Assembly: GCF_964204645.1 (NCBI RefSeq)
Contig: NC_134036.1
Location: forward strand, 3,348,001 to 3,412,000
DNA length: 64,000 bases
Direction: 5' to 3'
From: Tubulanus polymorphus
Taxonomy: Eukaryota; Animalia; Nemertea
The translations under genes and the position numbers were made by a program. This document shows, in pieces, positions 1-13,520 of the stretch (the first letter of the stretch is position 1; every line of letters begins with the position of its first letter). Below the pieces are notes generated by a model, which saw only the letters and a program-made list of their open reading frames with translations, made no database searches and was not told the origin of the DNA.

Positions 1-2412
1 AAATACTTACGGAATTCAAACAAGAATTCCCGCATAACCTCGACCGAAGTAGAGCCCTCTCTTATTGTATCCCATAATCAATCTGGGAACAACTTGGAGT
101 GACCGGCACCGTCGACTGGTACCCCAGGGGAGGCTTCCCTCTTGTAATTGTACTGTAAAATAGGAAGGACATTCAATAAGAATACGAATAGCAATTATTT
201 CAATAATTTGTGAAAAATTTATTTACACTTAATAATCATCATCGCTGAACGATTGTTCTGGAGAGCGCTGGAAACATAAAAATCAATTGAAATTCATTAT
301 TAGTAATCAATATAAACAACTGGTGTAAATAAAACACTTGAAAATCAGATCAATTCAGGTAAAACTTACGGACACCAAACGTGGCGATCTGCGCGTCGGT
401 GGCGCCACATGCCTAGTTTTCTTTTTAGCTTTTGGCATCTAAAAAGAAAAAAAAAAGAAAAACTCCAGCCTGTTTACCATATACTCGAATATACTCCAGG
501 TAAAACATCTATCTGGTTTAAAGGATTACCTTACACCTTCCTTGTGGAATCAATTGTAAGGAAAGTCCAGACTACCCACATCCTCATTCGAGATCTCACT
601 TGAGATTGTTGTAAACAATATAGATAAAACCTCAATATTCAATGTTTTATTGTATTTGAATGTATTTATAAAAGCTGATTGGTTACCGTGGCTACAGTCT
701 TATCAAAGTTGAATAGACAAATAAAATACAATATGATACATTTTTATGATACTCTCTGCATTGTTCGAAATGATGGAAAAACAACGTGAGATAAAGAGTA
801 AAAAAGATTAGAAATAACATTACAAAATCATAATTATATATGAAATTGTTTAAAGCAGTTATCATTTAAAAGGGCTGATTCCTTTTCAAGGCCTTTCAAT
901 TTAGTGACTGCCTTATCTTAGGAACTTGCTTTTTGATCCGATTTAAATACATTGATAATTTAAATAGATAATTAATAGAATACTTGAGATTTACTTAGAC
1001 CTTGCATAAGTAAAAACCTTGTTGGTTAATACTGTTTTGAATCTAAGAACATTAAAAAACCTGTCTCTGGCCCAGGTTTAACTTGTTTCTGCTTTTAAGG
1101 ATGACTGAAAACCCTAAAAAAGTAAAAACCTCGTCAAATAATACTATGATGGTTGATTGTAAGCTGATTGGTTACTGTGGTTACATTCTACACTGCTGCA
1201 TCATCGTCACTTCTCCTTCACTTCTCCTTCACTTCTACTCGCGCTCTACACTATCTCGCGAATAACTCACCCCTCCTGACCGCACAAACACGTAGCATGG
1301 ACATGCTTCCTCTTCTGGAAAGAGGTTATTTTTAACTGCCAGAAAAAAACGTCCTCTTCCCTGTTGCTTTGTAAACAATATTAATAAAACCTCTCTAGGT
1401 GACCGGTTTAACTTGTATCTGGTTTTAAGGATTACTGAAAACCTTGACAAAATAAAAACCTCATCGCTTAATACTTTGATGTTAAATCTGTGTCTGGCCC
1501 AGGTCTAACCTGTATCTGGTTTGTAAGGATGTCCGTAAATCTTGAAAAGTAAAAAAACCTTGTTGGTTATTACTATGATTCAAATCTAAGACGGTTAATG
1601 TCTTGGCTCCGGGATAAACCTATATGAAACTGACCCCTACTGGTGATTATCGATGATAATAATTGGTCGTAGAATAGAATATAAAACAGAAGAAAATTAT
1701 AAATATTGATAAATACTTACGGAATTCAAACAAGAATTCCCGTATAAACTCTACCGAAGTAGAGCCCTCTCTTACAGTATCCCTTAATACAATCGGGTAA
1801 CAACTTTGAGTGACCGGTACCCCAGGGGGGACTTCTCTTTTCTGTTTGTAATCATCGTCGCTTGATTGTTCTGGAGAGCACTGAAAACATAGAAATCAAT
1901 TGAAATTCATTATAAGTAATCAATATAAACAACTGTTGTAAACTCAGGAGAGTCCAGACGACCCTCATCCTCGGGAATCTCGCCCTCCTACCGCTGCCGC
2001 TCCAAATCTTCTCGCCTCAGTGACTGTCCTATCTTAGGAACTGGCTTTTTGACCCGATTTAAATACATTGATAATTTAAATAGATAATTAGTAGAATACC
2101 CGAGATTGTTGTAAACAATATTGATAAAACCTCAATATTCAATGTTTTATTGTATTTGAATGTATTTATAAAAGCTGATTGGTTACTGTGGCTACAGTCT
2201 TATCAAAGTTGAATAGACAAATAAAATACAATATGATACATTTTTATGATACTCTCTGCATTGATCGAAATGATGGAAAAAGATTCAATACAAGAATTCA
2301 AATCTTAACTTGATCTATCATTAAGCCTTGAAAATCTAAAGTTCTATTCGAATCCACCAACAGATGGGCACATGTATGCGACCGGTGGACAGTCGACCAT
2401 TGCCACGGCTTC

Positions 2413-2950
2413 AAAGAGAACCTATAGTAATAGGATGCCAATTGTCAACCTCGTTTCGCGACCCTTTCTTGTACAGAAGAATGGTCCGGTTAACTTTGAC
2501 TTCAGCAGGAATGTGCCCTTGGGCACGCCAAACGTTGAAGATCGCACTAATACGAGTGGCTCCGATCTTTTTCAAGTTGGCAAGAGACAAATACCTATCG
2601 GGGCCCGGCGGCTGTGCTACTCCTTAAGCGCAGCTTTGACCGACTTCGGAAGAACACTTCCGTACAAAACCTCGTCTTCAAAACGTTCCGTATCAGACCC
2701 GTCATCGGGCTCATGATACGTGGAAGGTTCCTTAAGCCTCCTCTTATAAACCTTTTCAATGTCACATGTAGAAGGTACAGTGTCATCTACACAGGTGAGA
2801 TCATCTCCATCGATGATGGATTTAATTGTGCCAGAAGGGTTGTTAGTGAATTGTTTCTGTGTAACAGCGTACCGCTCGAGCCTTTTTGCGAAGCGCTTTT
2901 TGCGCATCTCAGTACGATCCGTTGTTAGTAATGGTTGTCTGTTGACTCTC
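2413..2950 (-). mobile_element. Frameshifted non-LTR retrotransposon (R2-like clade) reverse-transcriptase N-terminal fragment
   Basis: Minus-strand translation across frameshifts: RYAVTQKQFTNNPSGTIKSIIDG...VKAALKE / STAAGP / DRYLSLANLKKIGATRISAIFNVWRAQGHIPAEVKVNRTILLYKKGSRNEVDNWHPITIGSL*. This matches the AxGPD...IFNxW...IP...T(I/V)LIxK...NWRPITI motifs at the start of non-LTR RT domains. It is truncated before YADD. Confidence 0.85.
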
Positions 2951-3769
2951 GCCGCCCTCTTTTTTGGACAGGAGTTGCGTTGTGTTGTGCGTTTGCCATA
3001 TAATGATTCAATAGCTTTAGCAACCGATGGCCAATCTAATACTTGAGATAAAAATTTCATCAGTCCATATAAGAGTAAAATATATTTGTGTTCAGCTCTG
3101 CATAATTTCGCCTGTCTTTTGTGTCGTCTCTCCTCCCGCTCCCTCCGTGTCTCCTTTCGCAATTTAATTCTACTATGCTTTGTTCGTGCTAGCCTGCTCC
3201 TGGTGGTGATGGAGGTAGAGGTGGGGCCTGGGCCGAGAGGTCGCCAAAAGTGCTTAACAAGCTCGGTCACCCCAGCTGACAGACCGCCCTCCGTTCTGTC
3301 AAGTAATGGTGATAGAAACAACATCAACATCAACATCTAAACTTAAACATAACATGAAATTTTTTCCCCGAATCTTTCATTAGATAATTTCCCTTCTATT
3401 TATTTGACTGTTAAATTTGATTTGCTTCCTCTCCTGATACTATGTTATCTTAAGCTGCAAGAAAAAAAGTCCTCTTCCCTGTTGCTTCCTAAAGATCTCC
3501 ACAAGTAGATTATTAATGAAATACTTGAGATTGTTGTAAACGACATTGATAAAACCTCTCTAGGTGAGATAAATTCTCAAGTTTTGTATCTAATACTTGA
3601 GATAAAAAAAATCAAAACTTGTGGAATCAATTGTAAGGAAAAGTCCAGACTACCCATATCTTAACTCTTGTCTCCATCTATCCAGTTCAGCTAACGCCTC
3701 CCGCCACCGAATTCCCCTCTGCACCTACTTATTCCTCTCATATTGGAAACTTGGAATATTGGAATCGGA

Positions 3770-4175
3770 AGTTCCATTCAGCCCTACAATGATTCCATTT
3801 GCTTGAGTTGTTTCGCATTTTCGACTGTCATGTTTGCCCCAAGGTTCATTTTGCTCTTCAAAAATCCAACGTTTTTCATTTTGAGGATTGTTGCATTTTC
3901 GAATTGGATTACAGCCCCTTGTTCAATTTGACTCAAAATCCTTTGTTCCCATTGAAAGGATTTATTGCTTTTTTGAAGGGTAGTACACTTACCTCTCCTA
4001 TTACATTCTGCTCTTCAAAATCCTATTTTGACATTTCCTGGATTTCTTTTGGCTTTTCGAAGGTAGTGCTGCCCCCTATTCCAATCAGCCCTACCAAATC
4101 CTATGTTCTCATTTCCAGCATTTGTTTTGCATTTTCGTCTACAAAATCCTATGTTGTCACAACCAGGATATTTGT
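3770..4175. repeat. Degenerate ~75-bp tandem repeat (~5 copies)
   Basis: Core (t)cagccctac/ctcttc-aaaatccta...gcattttcga recurs at ~3777, 3849, 3928, 4007, 4084 and 4135. Confidence 0.65.
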
Positions 4176-7100
4176 CTTGTATTTTCAGTCACTCATCTGG
4201 GAGAAAAATTGATACTTTTGAATGAGCCATCATTCTTATGACTTAAAAACAAACATAACTGCCACAGCATCATCAAGTTTTCATACTACTTATGTTTATT
4301 GTTTTTGTTGTTATTTTTTTTTCTTTTTTTAGGTGCCAAAGGCCTATTGTATCCTTCAACCACAGTTTGGCCACTGTAAGTTTGCTGGATTGATCCGATT
4401 TTCTGTAGTTTGATTTAAAGGACTCTTTCGATACTAAATGAAATTCGTTCTATGTTTTCAGCGATCACATTAGGAAGATTCTCATAACCAGAGCGTGTGC
4501 TTAGTGGCCTGGCGCAGGGCCATCGAAATTGGTACCAAATGGTAAGTTGACCTTCATCATCTGTTCGGTAAAAGCCGAAAGTCGTGATTCTCTTTTCACT
4601 ATTTAATGGATAAAATGTAGAAAATGGTGACTGAGAATTATTGCTAAGAGATATAACAGGGTGGCCGCTGACTCAGGGGATCTGTAAATGGGTGGAAAGT
4701 GGCCACCCTTTATGTTATATAATGGATAAAATATTACTTCTTTAAATCTTCAAATCATTTGTTGTACATGATTAGGAACTAGAAGTATTCAATTACCGAA
4801 TTCAAAATCAGACCCTGGCAGGTGTGGTTAGTCTGTTTAGGGACATGTGCTTCCTGTAATGAGACACGTGTCCCTTTACAAACTAAGACAACAATACCAT
4901 AATTAAATAATGTTCTCTCATACTTTTCCTTATTTTATAGGATATCCACCACTATTGGTTGAAGATGGAGGGCAGTCCGTCAGGCGAGGTGGCCAAGGGA
5001 AACCCGAAAAACCAGGTACCACCCACACCACCACCAGCACAGCCAGCACCGACTCAGTTTACCCTCTGTCTTCGCGGGAAAGCCTTACCCGGTGATACGC
5101 AGTAAGCATCAAAATCTATTGAATATCAGTATTTAATGCTGCCAAGATGTCACAATTTAAGTCAAAGATTGGTGGCAATCATTTTTATTCAAACACAAAA
5201 AAATTTTAAAGGCAAAAATTACCGGATTCACACTGGTCTACACAATCGCTCCATTCGCATGCTTCCTGGACAATCACTTTTTGATATTCTTGTTTACCAG
5301 CAGCAGCGGGACCACTTGCTCCACCAGCAGCAGCACGAGCAGCACCCCGCGACAGCCCCGTCCAGCGGCCAGCAGGTTCTCCCTTCGTCTGCGAAACAAC
5401 GCACGGTAGAATTAATTTCATGTTATGTTTAAGTTTAGATGCTGATGTTGTTTCTATCACCATTACCTGACAGAATGGAGAGCGGACCGTCAGCCGAGGT
5501 GGCCGAGCTTGTTAAGCACTTTCGGCGGCCCCCTCGGCCCAGGCACCACCTCCAGCACCAGGAGCGGCACCAGCACAGCCGCCAGCACAGCCGCGAGAAC
5601 CACGGCAACCACACCCGGCCCGGCGGCTTCAAGGTTCTCCATCCAAGGTTCTCCATCCAAGGTTCTCCATTGCCTGCAAGGGAGAACCTTCCCAGGGGAT
5701 ATTTTGGATGATTGCGAGGGCGGTCCGTCAGCCGAGTTGGCCGAGCTTGTTAAGCACTTTCGGCGGCCTCCTCGGCCCAGGCACCGCCCCTACCTCTATC
5801 ACCACCTGGAGCAGGAGCAGAGGCACCGCTGCGACGACCGCGAGAGCCCCATCTAGCGGCCAGCAGGTTCTCCCTTCGTCTGCGGACCTGAGCCAGAGAC
5901 AGGTCAAAGTATTAACCGATGAGGTTTTTACTTTTTCAAAGTTTTCAGTAATCCTTAAAACCAGATACAAGTTTAAACTTGGGTTCAAAAAGCAGCAGGC
6001 GTGAAGCACCGCCGTGACGACCGCTAGGTTCTCCCTTCGTCTGCAGAATGTCGCCCTGTTGGAGTGGGAGGAGAGAACACAAAAGACAGGTAGAACACTG
6101 CAGAGGAATGAGTTTCATAAAAATGCATCAAATTTTATTAATTGTCTATTTAATTTTGATAACATTAGAATACACGTACTTTTGATTTTGTAATGGAATT
6201 TTTAATCTTACAATTTTTCTTTTCTCCTTGCAGCTTCGAATTACGTCCGTCCGTCCTTGGCGCGGACAAGGGGGTCGCGTTATCCGGGACGATGCAGAGC
6301 GCGAGTAAAAGTGACGAAGTGTAGCTTCATTCTGCGCTGGTTGGGCGCGCAATCGACAGGACGCCTTGCAGCTTGCAGAGATGGCACAGAACGCAGAATA
6401 GAAGAATTTATTTGTTCAGTTTGTGTAAATATGATTGTTCAACTATATTTGTTTGTAAATAAATGTACATAGCTATATCGTTCAATTTTTGCGTGTTGAT
6501 TTCAGGTTTTTTTTCTTCATCTTCACCAGTACATGTAAGGAATTATTCTGTAGGTGAAATTTCGTTCAAGCAACTTGTGATCTGTCAACGTGTTTTATGT
6601 TTGCAAATGACTCAACTGAGGAACCGACGTGTCCACATCTACTTCATCTATAACCGAAGCCCATATTAATGATTTTGGATGTCAAGACTAATCTCAACTT
6701 CCAACATCGCCCAATGTCTTCTTATTCTGTCAACGACCTTCTTGGGCATTGAGCGAGCACACTAGAGGATGACTAAGCTGGTAAAATAGCACAGACGACA
6801 TACTCCATTGCTGATGAATTAGATCCTACGGTCTGGTACTTGATGCTGGTGACTGCTGCATGCAGCCTGGTACGTGTACATTTACTGAAATTTGTAGCCT
6901 ACAACTCGCCTCGGAGGGATAGTGATTCCATGCTGCAGTCGGAGAGGTAGTCCTAGATAGCATTTAGGGCCAACTTCGGTTATCTGAGTTAGTCGATTAT
7001 AGGCGAACTCTGTGAAACCGAATGTCAGCGCATTCGGTTATTAGTTCCTACCACTATTCCAGGTATATAAATTGTATATAAGATTGCCTGAGGGTACTCA

Positions 7101-9425
7101 GAGGCTTATCCAGAGCTTATATTGAGGGGTAGCACCCGACAAGAAGGGCAATAATTAATTATCACAAAGAGGCACTACCACGCGTATGTTGGCCCTCCCC
7201 TACGAAAATTTCTAAAAATAAAACCCCGCAGATGAGATTTCCAAGGATTTGAGCTTGTTTCAACCAAAGGTAGTACCGAATAATTTTTGACGGGAATGAT
7301 TTTCGGGACAAACTGAAAAGGTATTTTCATTAAATCTATTCAGACGGTTTAGTCCACTTTTTTAGTACAAAATAGTGTTGTTAAAGTCGATTTTACCTGA
7401 GCGCGCAGTTTAGGAGTAGACACAACTGAAAAATAAACTCGTTAAAGAAAATTGATTTCTTTACTCACAATATTAGGGAGAAAAACACTGAGCACGACTG
7501 TGGATTTAAAATAGAATTTATTTAATTCTTTTCATGCGTATACATAAGATACAATCATCCCGAGAACAAATATCTGGCAGCGTTTTTATTCCATGTCCCA
7601 AACTAATTCAGTCAAAATCGAAGAAATTAGGGGGTTTTGGGCTTGAATGCGGACGATTCCTGGTCGCGCCTGCGTCTCCAAGTAGAAGTCTGCTGTCTGT
7701 AACAAGAGACCGTGTGACCTAAAATACTATAGTAATCCCTTGTAAAAGTCGACGGAGCGGTTGTTGGTGATTCCGCTTAGCCGATCACCGTGCGCGTAGA
7801 TTTAACACACGTAAAGGATACGCCGCGAAGAAAACTCATTGGATTATATTCTGCCAAGCAGAAAATTGAACGAAGTCTTTGGGGATAATTGAGACTGATA
7901 AATCAAGGATTAAATCGTGCCGCCTGGCTCGTCGCATCGCAATTACTGTAGGTAAGAGGTTTTCCATTCATTATGTTTCATAGTAGGTTTCCAAAGGAAT
8001 TTTTGTATTCGTTTGGTTTAAAAGGCGATGAAATGAGGTCCGGTACCTTGTATATATGTCGGTAAAAATAAAATGGCTCAAAAAGCCTCGAGTAAAATCG
8101 AGCCGCAGGAGGCCAAGACTAGAAAGAGATACCTGAGATACGTCGTTTGGTCGAGGACTGAGTACGATATTTGACTAGTAGTTAATTATATGAAAATATT
8201 AAGAATGAATCCTGACCCGTGTTCGAATAGTTGTTGATTAAGGGGGGGGGGGGGTTGTTGAGTTATGATAAATAGTGCTTCTCGGTAATTTTGCAATCTA
8301 GATCAGAAGATTTTGAAATTCTTTTCACTAAACGAGACTTTTTCCTAGTTGCGTCCGGGGGTTTTCTAACGAGAATTAATCAATTTCATATCAGGAATTA
8401 ATTGTGACAACTAATTGATAACTAGTTTCAACTAAAATCGCATCGGCCCGACTTTTGCTGTAGGACAATAAATCAATGATTTACAGTTGGATTTATCAAT
8501 ATTCTAATTTGAATTTGGATGGAATTTCAACATTCCTCTAAACTTTCGAACGACATTCTACGTGCTAGAAACATACTAGACTGGTTCCCGCTTACCAATG
8601 CAATCAAATGTTAATTTATTTCTACAAATTCTAGGACAATGTCCTTATCGGGTAGGAGACCACTTTCTCAAGTCTGGATATTGTCTCCTCACCTGTCCAC
8701 TCACTATCAGTGTCAATAGATCTGGTTCAAACTGCGGATAACTCCGGTTATCCTCTTGCATTCGGACCATTCTAACATCTATCTATTCTACTGTGGTAGA
8801 ACGGGTTCGAACCAGGGACATCCCTGGTTGCCACATGGACCACTTGGAATCAGCATCAATAGATCGGGTTCGAACTTCCGATATAAGTACATTGTCAATA
8901 CTTTTTATTGGAATCTCTGCTAAAGAAAGAAATTATCTACACCGTTGAATCTTAAAAATATCTTTTTTATTGCATCTGATTAAAACTCTATATTATTCTC
9001 ATTAAATCGGTTAAAAATCCCATAATCAATACATGTACATTGTCTACATTATCATCATATCTATGACATATGCGTAAGTCGACGTACAATACTAGCATAG
9101 AAGCTTAAAGACTTAATAGTAGACATGGGTTCCTGGTTATAAATACGTTGTACAAATAAATGCTTTTAACAAATATATAAATTCCTTATTCTTTTATACA
9201 CTTAAGCACATCTATACTCAACATTCAGTTACACTCGTCTGAGACAATTAAAGATCCTATGGGGCTGGACTTCTCACAAACAGCCTTTCTTTCTCTCTTC
9301 TTCGATACACTGACTAGACCATGAAAATTAAAAGGGATGGTCGGATGCAAGGAGCTCTTTGGACGCTTAAAAAGTCTCTCTGGCGATCCATCAAAAGTTC
9401 AAAGATGATCGACGTACGTTTGAAT

Positions 9426-12400
9426 TCAATCGAACATCAGCGACTGTAAAGGCGTCATGTCTGGGATGTATTTCACGGTTAAACGTCGGTGTTGTTTCGT
9501 CGCGGCACCTGTCGCCGGAAAATCTACAAACTCGAAACTGTTATTCGCCAATTTGCGACAATACGCGTGAAACGTGCCTTCGGCCTTTGTCAAAACAACG
9601 TCCAAATCCATGTTCAAACTCAAACTGAAAAGTAAAACATGATCCATGAGTAAATCTTAAGACTCAAGTGCGGATCAAGAGGGTGCAAGACTTCCTTCGT
9701 ATCATTCATTATCATTTAATGATTTAGCGATGCCGAAATGCCCATGAAAATTAGACACATTATCATAAGCGTCCTCCTGAGACTGGACTGGAGAGGTTTG
9801 GTACCTGTTCACGACGAAAAATACATCGGCGCAGTCGGTGCATTTAAAAATACGATCTCGATACTCGATGAGAATGCCGACGCACATGAACAGATCGAAC
9901 GTGTACTCCGTATTAAACACCGCATCGGCCATACGTATACTGCCACCTATCGGCAATAACAAGAAACAACATTGATTAGTTAAGCGAGTTGAATAATGAT
10001 CTACCATATATTAACAAATAACATATTCGCTTGGTCGACCTGGCTCAGATTTGGGGGAAATAACATTTCAAAAGTAATGACATAATCTGCTGCCTGCACC
10101 TTCTGCCGATATATGGTGCTTTATCAATGCCATTCTATATATTTGTAATTATCCACTCAAAACTTATCAAAACTGATTTCACATTTGTTCCTTGCTTCAC
10201 CTGAAGCATTCTTTCAAGGCTGCAGATTGATATCTACATTAGACCGTGATTCAATTACCCGGTATATCTAAATCAATCGCTCGTGCATATCCGCAGCTTC
10301 AGTTCCCCGGGGTTGATTATGTACCTTGTTGTTGGAAATCTTTCTGGCGTTCTTTATTCAGCATTTGTTCGGCCTCCATCGAACACAGTTCCAGATGTTG
10401 ACTGCTGAGAATCTCGAAACATCGCAACGAATCGTCGTACGAGAATTCGCGTTTGAATCCGAGAATCAGCCATCTACAAAAATTAAAAAAAAAAAACAGA
10501 GACGGACAGAATCGTTAACACGGTTTCTCGAATTTGTATGTTTCTCGCAGAGTTGAGAAGTATACCGACCGATGACAGAACATCAAATCTCCGACCTCAG
10601 TTTGCACGAGGTAGTTATACAGATCTTCATCCAGGTCTTTCAACAGTTGCTGTAGTAATTCTGCCCATGAAAAGATGAAAACAAGAAATGTGTAGCAGTT
10701 GTTGTTATGTGCTAAAAACTGAACAAAACATTTCGCAACTTGGACAAAATGTTATGCCTTAGGAAAAGCTTTGATGAGGCACCTGTATTACGCAGTTTTC
10801 ACATTTCTTGTCACTAACCTAGTTTGCGCACCATTCCCTCTTCAAGGAATTCCGACTGAATTTTATCGAGATAGTTGTTAAAACACCAATACGCCTCGAC
10901 CTACAAATATCCAATCATTACTAATTCTAATCACAAAGGAACTTCGATATCACTTTAGTCAAGATAAATTTTGCCTTAAAAGGGTGTAATGCAGCTTTTT
11001 GAAGTAAGTAATTCTGAACACAGGTCTGAAGGAGCAGAGATCAATTTTGGCAGTTTCCAAGGATACCAGTCATAGATTCAAAATGTCCATTGAGACACTT
11101 AGATTTTAAATCAAACACATGAAATCTCTGATTTCACCAGTTGAACATTTTGAATTTGTTCTTTTCTGCATTTTCTTGATTAGAAACCTAATTCAAACTG
11201 ACCCTGGGGTCTCATACCCCGAGGAGAACTATATAAATCCGAACGCTCACCTCATTTTGAAATACGTAGAGGAATCTACTGAGAATGTCGTTCATACCCT
11301 GAGTATAACCGACTCGCGGGTGAAACGTGGCGTACGTCACCAGCACATCCCGCAATAACAACAGATTAGGATTTTTATCACCGCTAGGAAAAACCAAAAC
11401 GACAAGTGATTCTGACAAGTGATTATTATTTTTAAAAAATTGACACCGGCCTGTTTCTCTTAATCGACTAGGGTTAGGTTTTTTCTTTACTTCAATGTGG
11501 CATTTTTCGATTAAAGATTCATTTCTAACCAACTTCCCGGAAACTGACTCCCGAAAAAGTGCTAGCTCCCATATGGCGGTTGACTTACAGATAGAATAAG
11601 ACATTGCGGTCGGTACGAGGCACGTCTTTATCGATAATACGTATATAATTTCGAAGCTGATCAATATCGGTTATAGTCAATCGACCGGCGTATACCTATA
11701 ATGAAAGCGACACATTAACCCTTTAGTCTTTGATCCCTACTCGAAGTGGCATCTACCCAGCATCATAAGTTCGAAATTGGCACATTTCAATTTCACTGAC
11801 CTGAGCTTGAATATCGACAAACTGAAGCTGTTGCACGTTCGTGGTTGGTGTGGTATCGGCTGGACTACCGGTACCACCTGCTGTCAAATCTGGTAAATAT
11901 GGAGCCGTCAAACCGACCTCTTCCATATCGCCTTAGGAAAGAAAATGGATAATGAAACCAATTAGAATGATAAGTTTGTTTACTAATTTCGGAGGGACTC
12001 GCCACATACCTGAATTGCTCGTCATGGCTAACCAGGTTTTCCACCTGTTTTTCAAAGCGCTGTATTTCGCTTGGTAATCGCTCAGTAAAACTTGTCTTTC
12101 GCTGAAAAAATTGGGAAGAAATTATGAAAAGCCACCCAAGGTAAAAATGAAAATAGGATGATCGCAGAAAAACCGTTTCAGTGCATCGTCACCACAGTGG
12201 TGTATAAGTTGGTTACAGACTAACACAGTGAAATTAGAAACTAATAATACACTGCACCGCAGTGTAGATGCACTATTAGTGGTATGTCTGTTATTCAACA
12301 CACTGGAATTTTCCAAAAATTTAAAATTACCTCCAGCACTTTCAGGTATCATTTAATCAGGGCCGAACTTACCGAAGTGTAGTCGTACATGGGTAAAGAC

Positions 12401-13192
12401 CAAAAACGAACTGCCAAACCTCACGTCTTATTGCCGGATCAACACCACCTGTACGCAGCAAATGACGATATCATTACTGCAGAAAATATCACAATTTGCG
12501 ATAAAATTTGGCGTAGTTTTTTACCTACCCTTAAATACAGCCTTCCGCAGGGCGTGTTCGTCGACGATGCGACCATCTTCATCGCGGAATTCGGCGAACT
12601 CTTCAGCAGTCAGCGCCGGTCGTCGGTGACTAGTTTCAGTCGTCGTCATAGTTACAACAGTATCATTGTTGTCACCGTTGAGGTCGTCAGATTTCGGAGG
12701 CGGGAACCGAACGTGTTCGAACTCATCGCCGACTAAAATCTCGAATTCCGAATCAAAGCTTTCTGATCTGAAAAAATATCGAGCGCTATTTTTCAAGCTC
12801 GGTCTAAAGCCATATCAAAAGGCCGCAAAGTTGAAATAAGGAAAGATGAAAATTAAAATCTAAATCTAATTTCTTTCTGTCTTTCTGTTTTCCATTTTGA
12901 AGTGAAAAATACATTATTGGATAAGTGACCCAGTCTAAGAGCGCATCATAGGGCCTGAATTTAAGTAATGTCAAACTTGCTTTTTCTTCATATGACATGA
13001 GGATTTCATAGTAGAATTCAAAGTCATCATTTCAGAAAAATCTTTCAATGACAGCACACTACATGAACACAGCACATTAGATATGCCTAGATCTAACGTT
13101 GTGGCCATCGAATACAATCTTAGAAAGTTTTCATCTAGTATTTTTGATCATTTGAAACTGTCAAACCTGTTGTTTATTTTGGCTGTCATCAT
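9426..13192 (-). CDS. TBC-domain Rab GTPase-activating protein (TBC1D15/17/25-related, Gyp7-like group), 12 coding exons
   Basis: GT-AG exons in phase: 13192-13167, 12767-12529, 12448-12373, 12101-12010, 11931-11801, 11695-11589, ~11383-11251, 10900-10819, ~10660-10570, ~10473-10325, ~9946-9805, ~9624-9426. Protein contains LRKAVFKGGVDPAIRREVWQFVFGLYP, the arginine finger IIDKDVPRTDR, the glutamine finger GYTQGMNDIL, EVEAYWCF and FCHRWLILGFKREF. Confidence 0.93.
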
Positions 13193-13520
13193 TGAGCAAT
13201 TAATAACCCACAATAAATATTCACTGCGCACCTGATCTAATTTTTATTTGAAATCAACAATTATCAATTTATGATTAAATATCCAAGTAAAATAAAAGTA
13301 AATGATGAATTTTAAGCGCTTTGGGGTACTTTTTAAAAGAATAAACGGCGCAATCAATTAAATCGGATTTTTCATTCACTGCCGAGAGTTTCCTATTATT
13401 AACCGAACCAGGAAGTGAAACAATTCGCCACAACCAAAATAAAACGACAACGAAGAAACAATAAAAAATCACGCGAAATATGACTATTCGGCAAGAATTG
13501 TCACGTTGAAATTAGTAATC
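13193..13520. promoter_or_regulatory. Probable bidirectional promoter (TBC gene / EB-module membrane protein gene)
   Basis: Divergent ATGs at 13192 (-) and 13521 (+) are only ~330 bp apart. ETS-type CAGGAAGTG at ~13408. Confidence 0.55.

Larger units (their letters stand above)
1..6320. repeat. Mosaic of locally duplicated and inverted repeat segments
   Basis: Direct copies: 1-~325 vs 1711-~1940, 601-781 vs 2101-2281, ~902-990 vs ~2018-2105. A ~100-bp unit recurs at ~1010-1140, 1400-1500 and 1500-1600, with an inverted copy at 5886-5980. 3185-3350 is an inverted homologue of 5420-5560 and 5715-5830. 1210-1290 is an inverted homologue of ~6255-6325. Confidence 0.85.

Noticed and set aside
7390-7960. 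Candidate 5' exons/promoter (donor-like sites at ~7398 and ~7468 on -, ~7951 on +)
   Set aside because: I could not link them to any coding exons.
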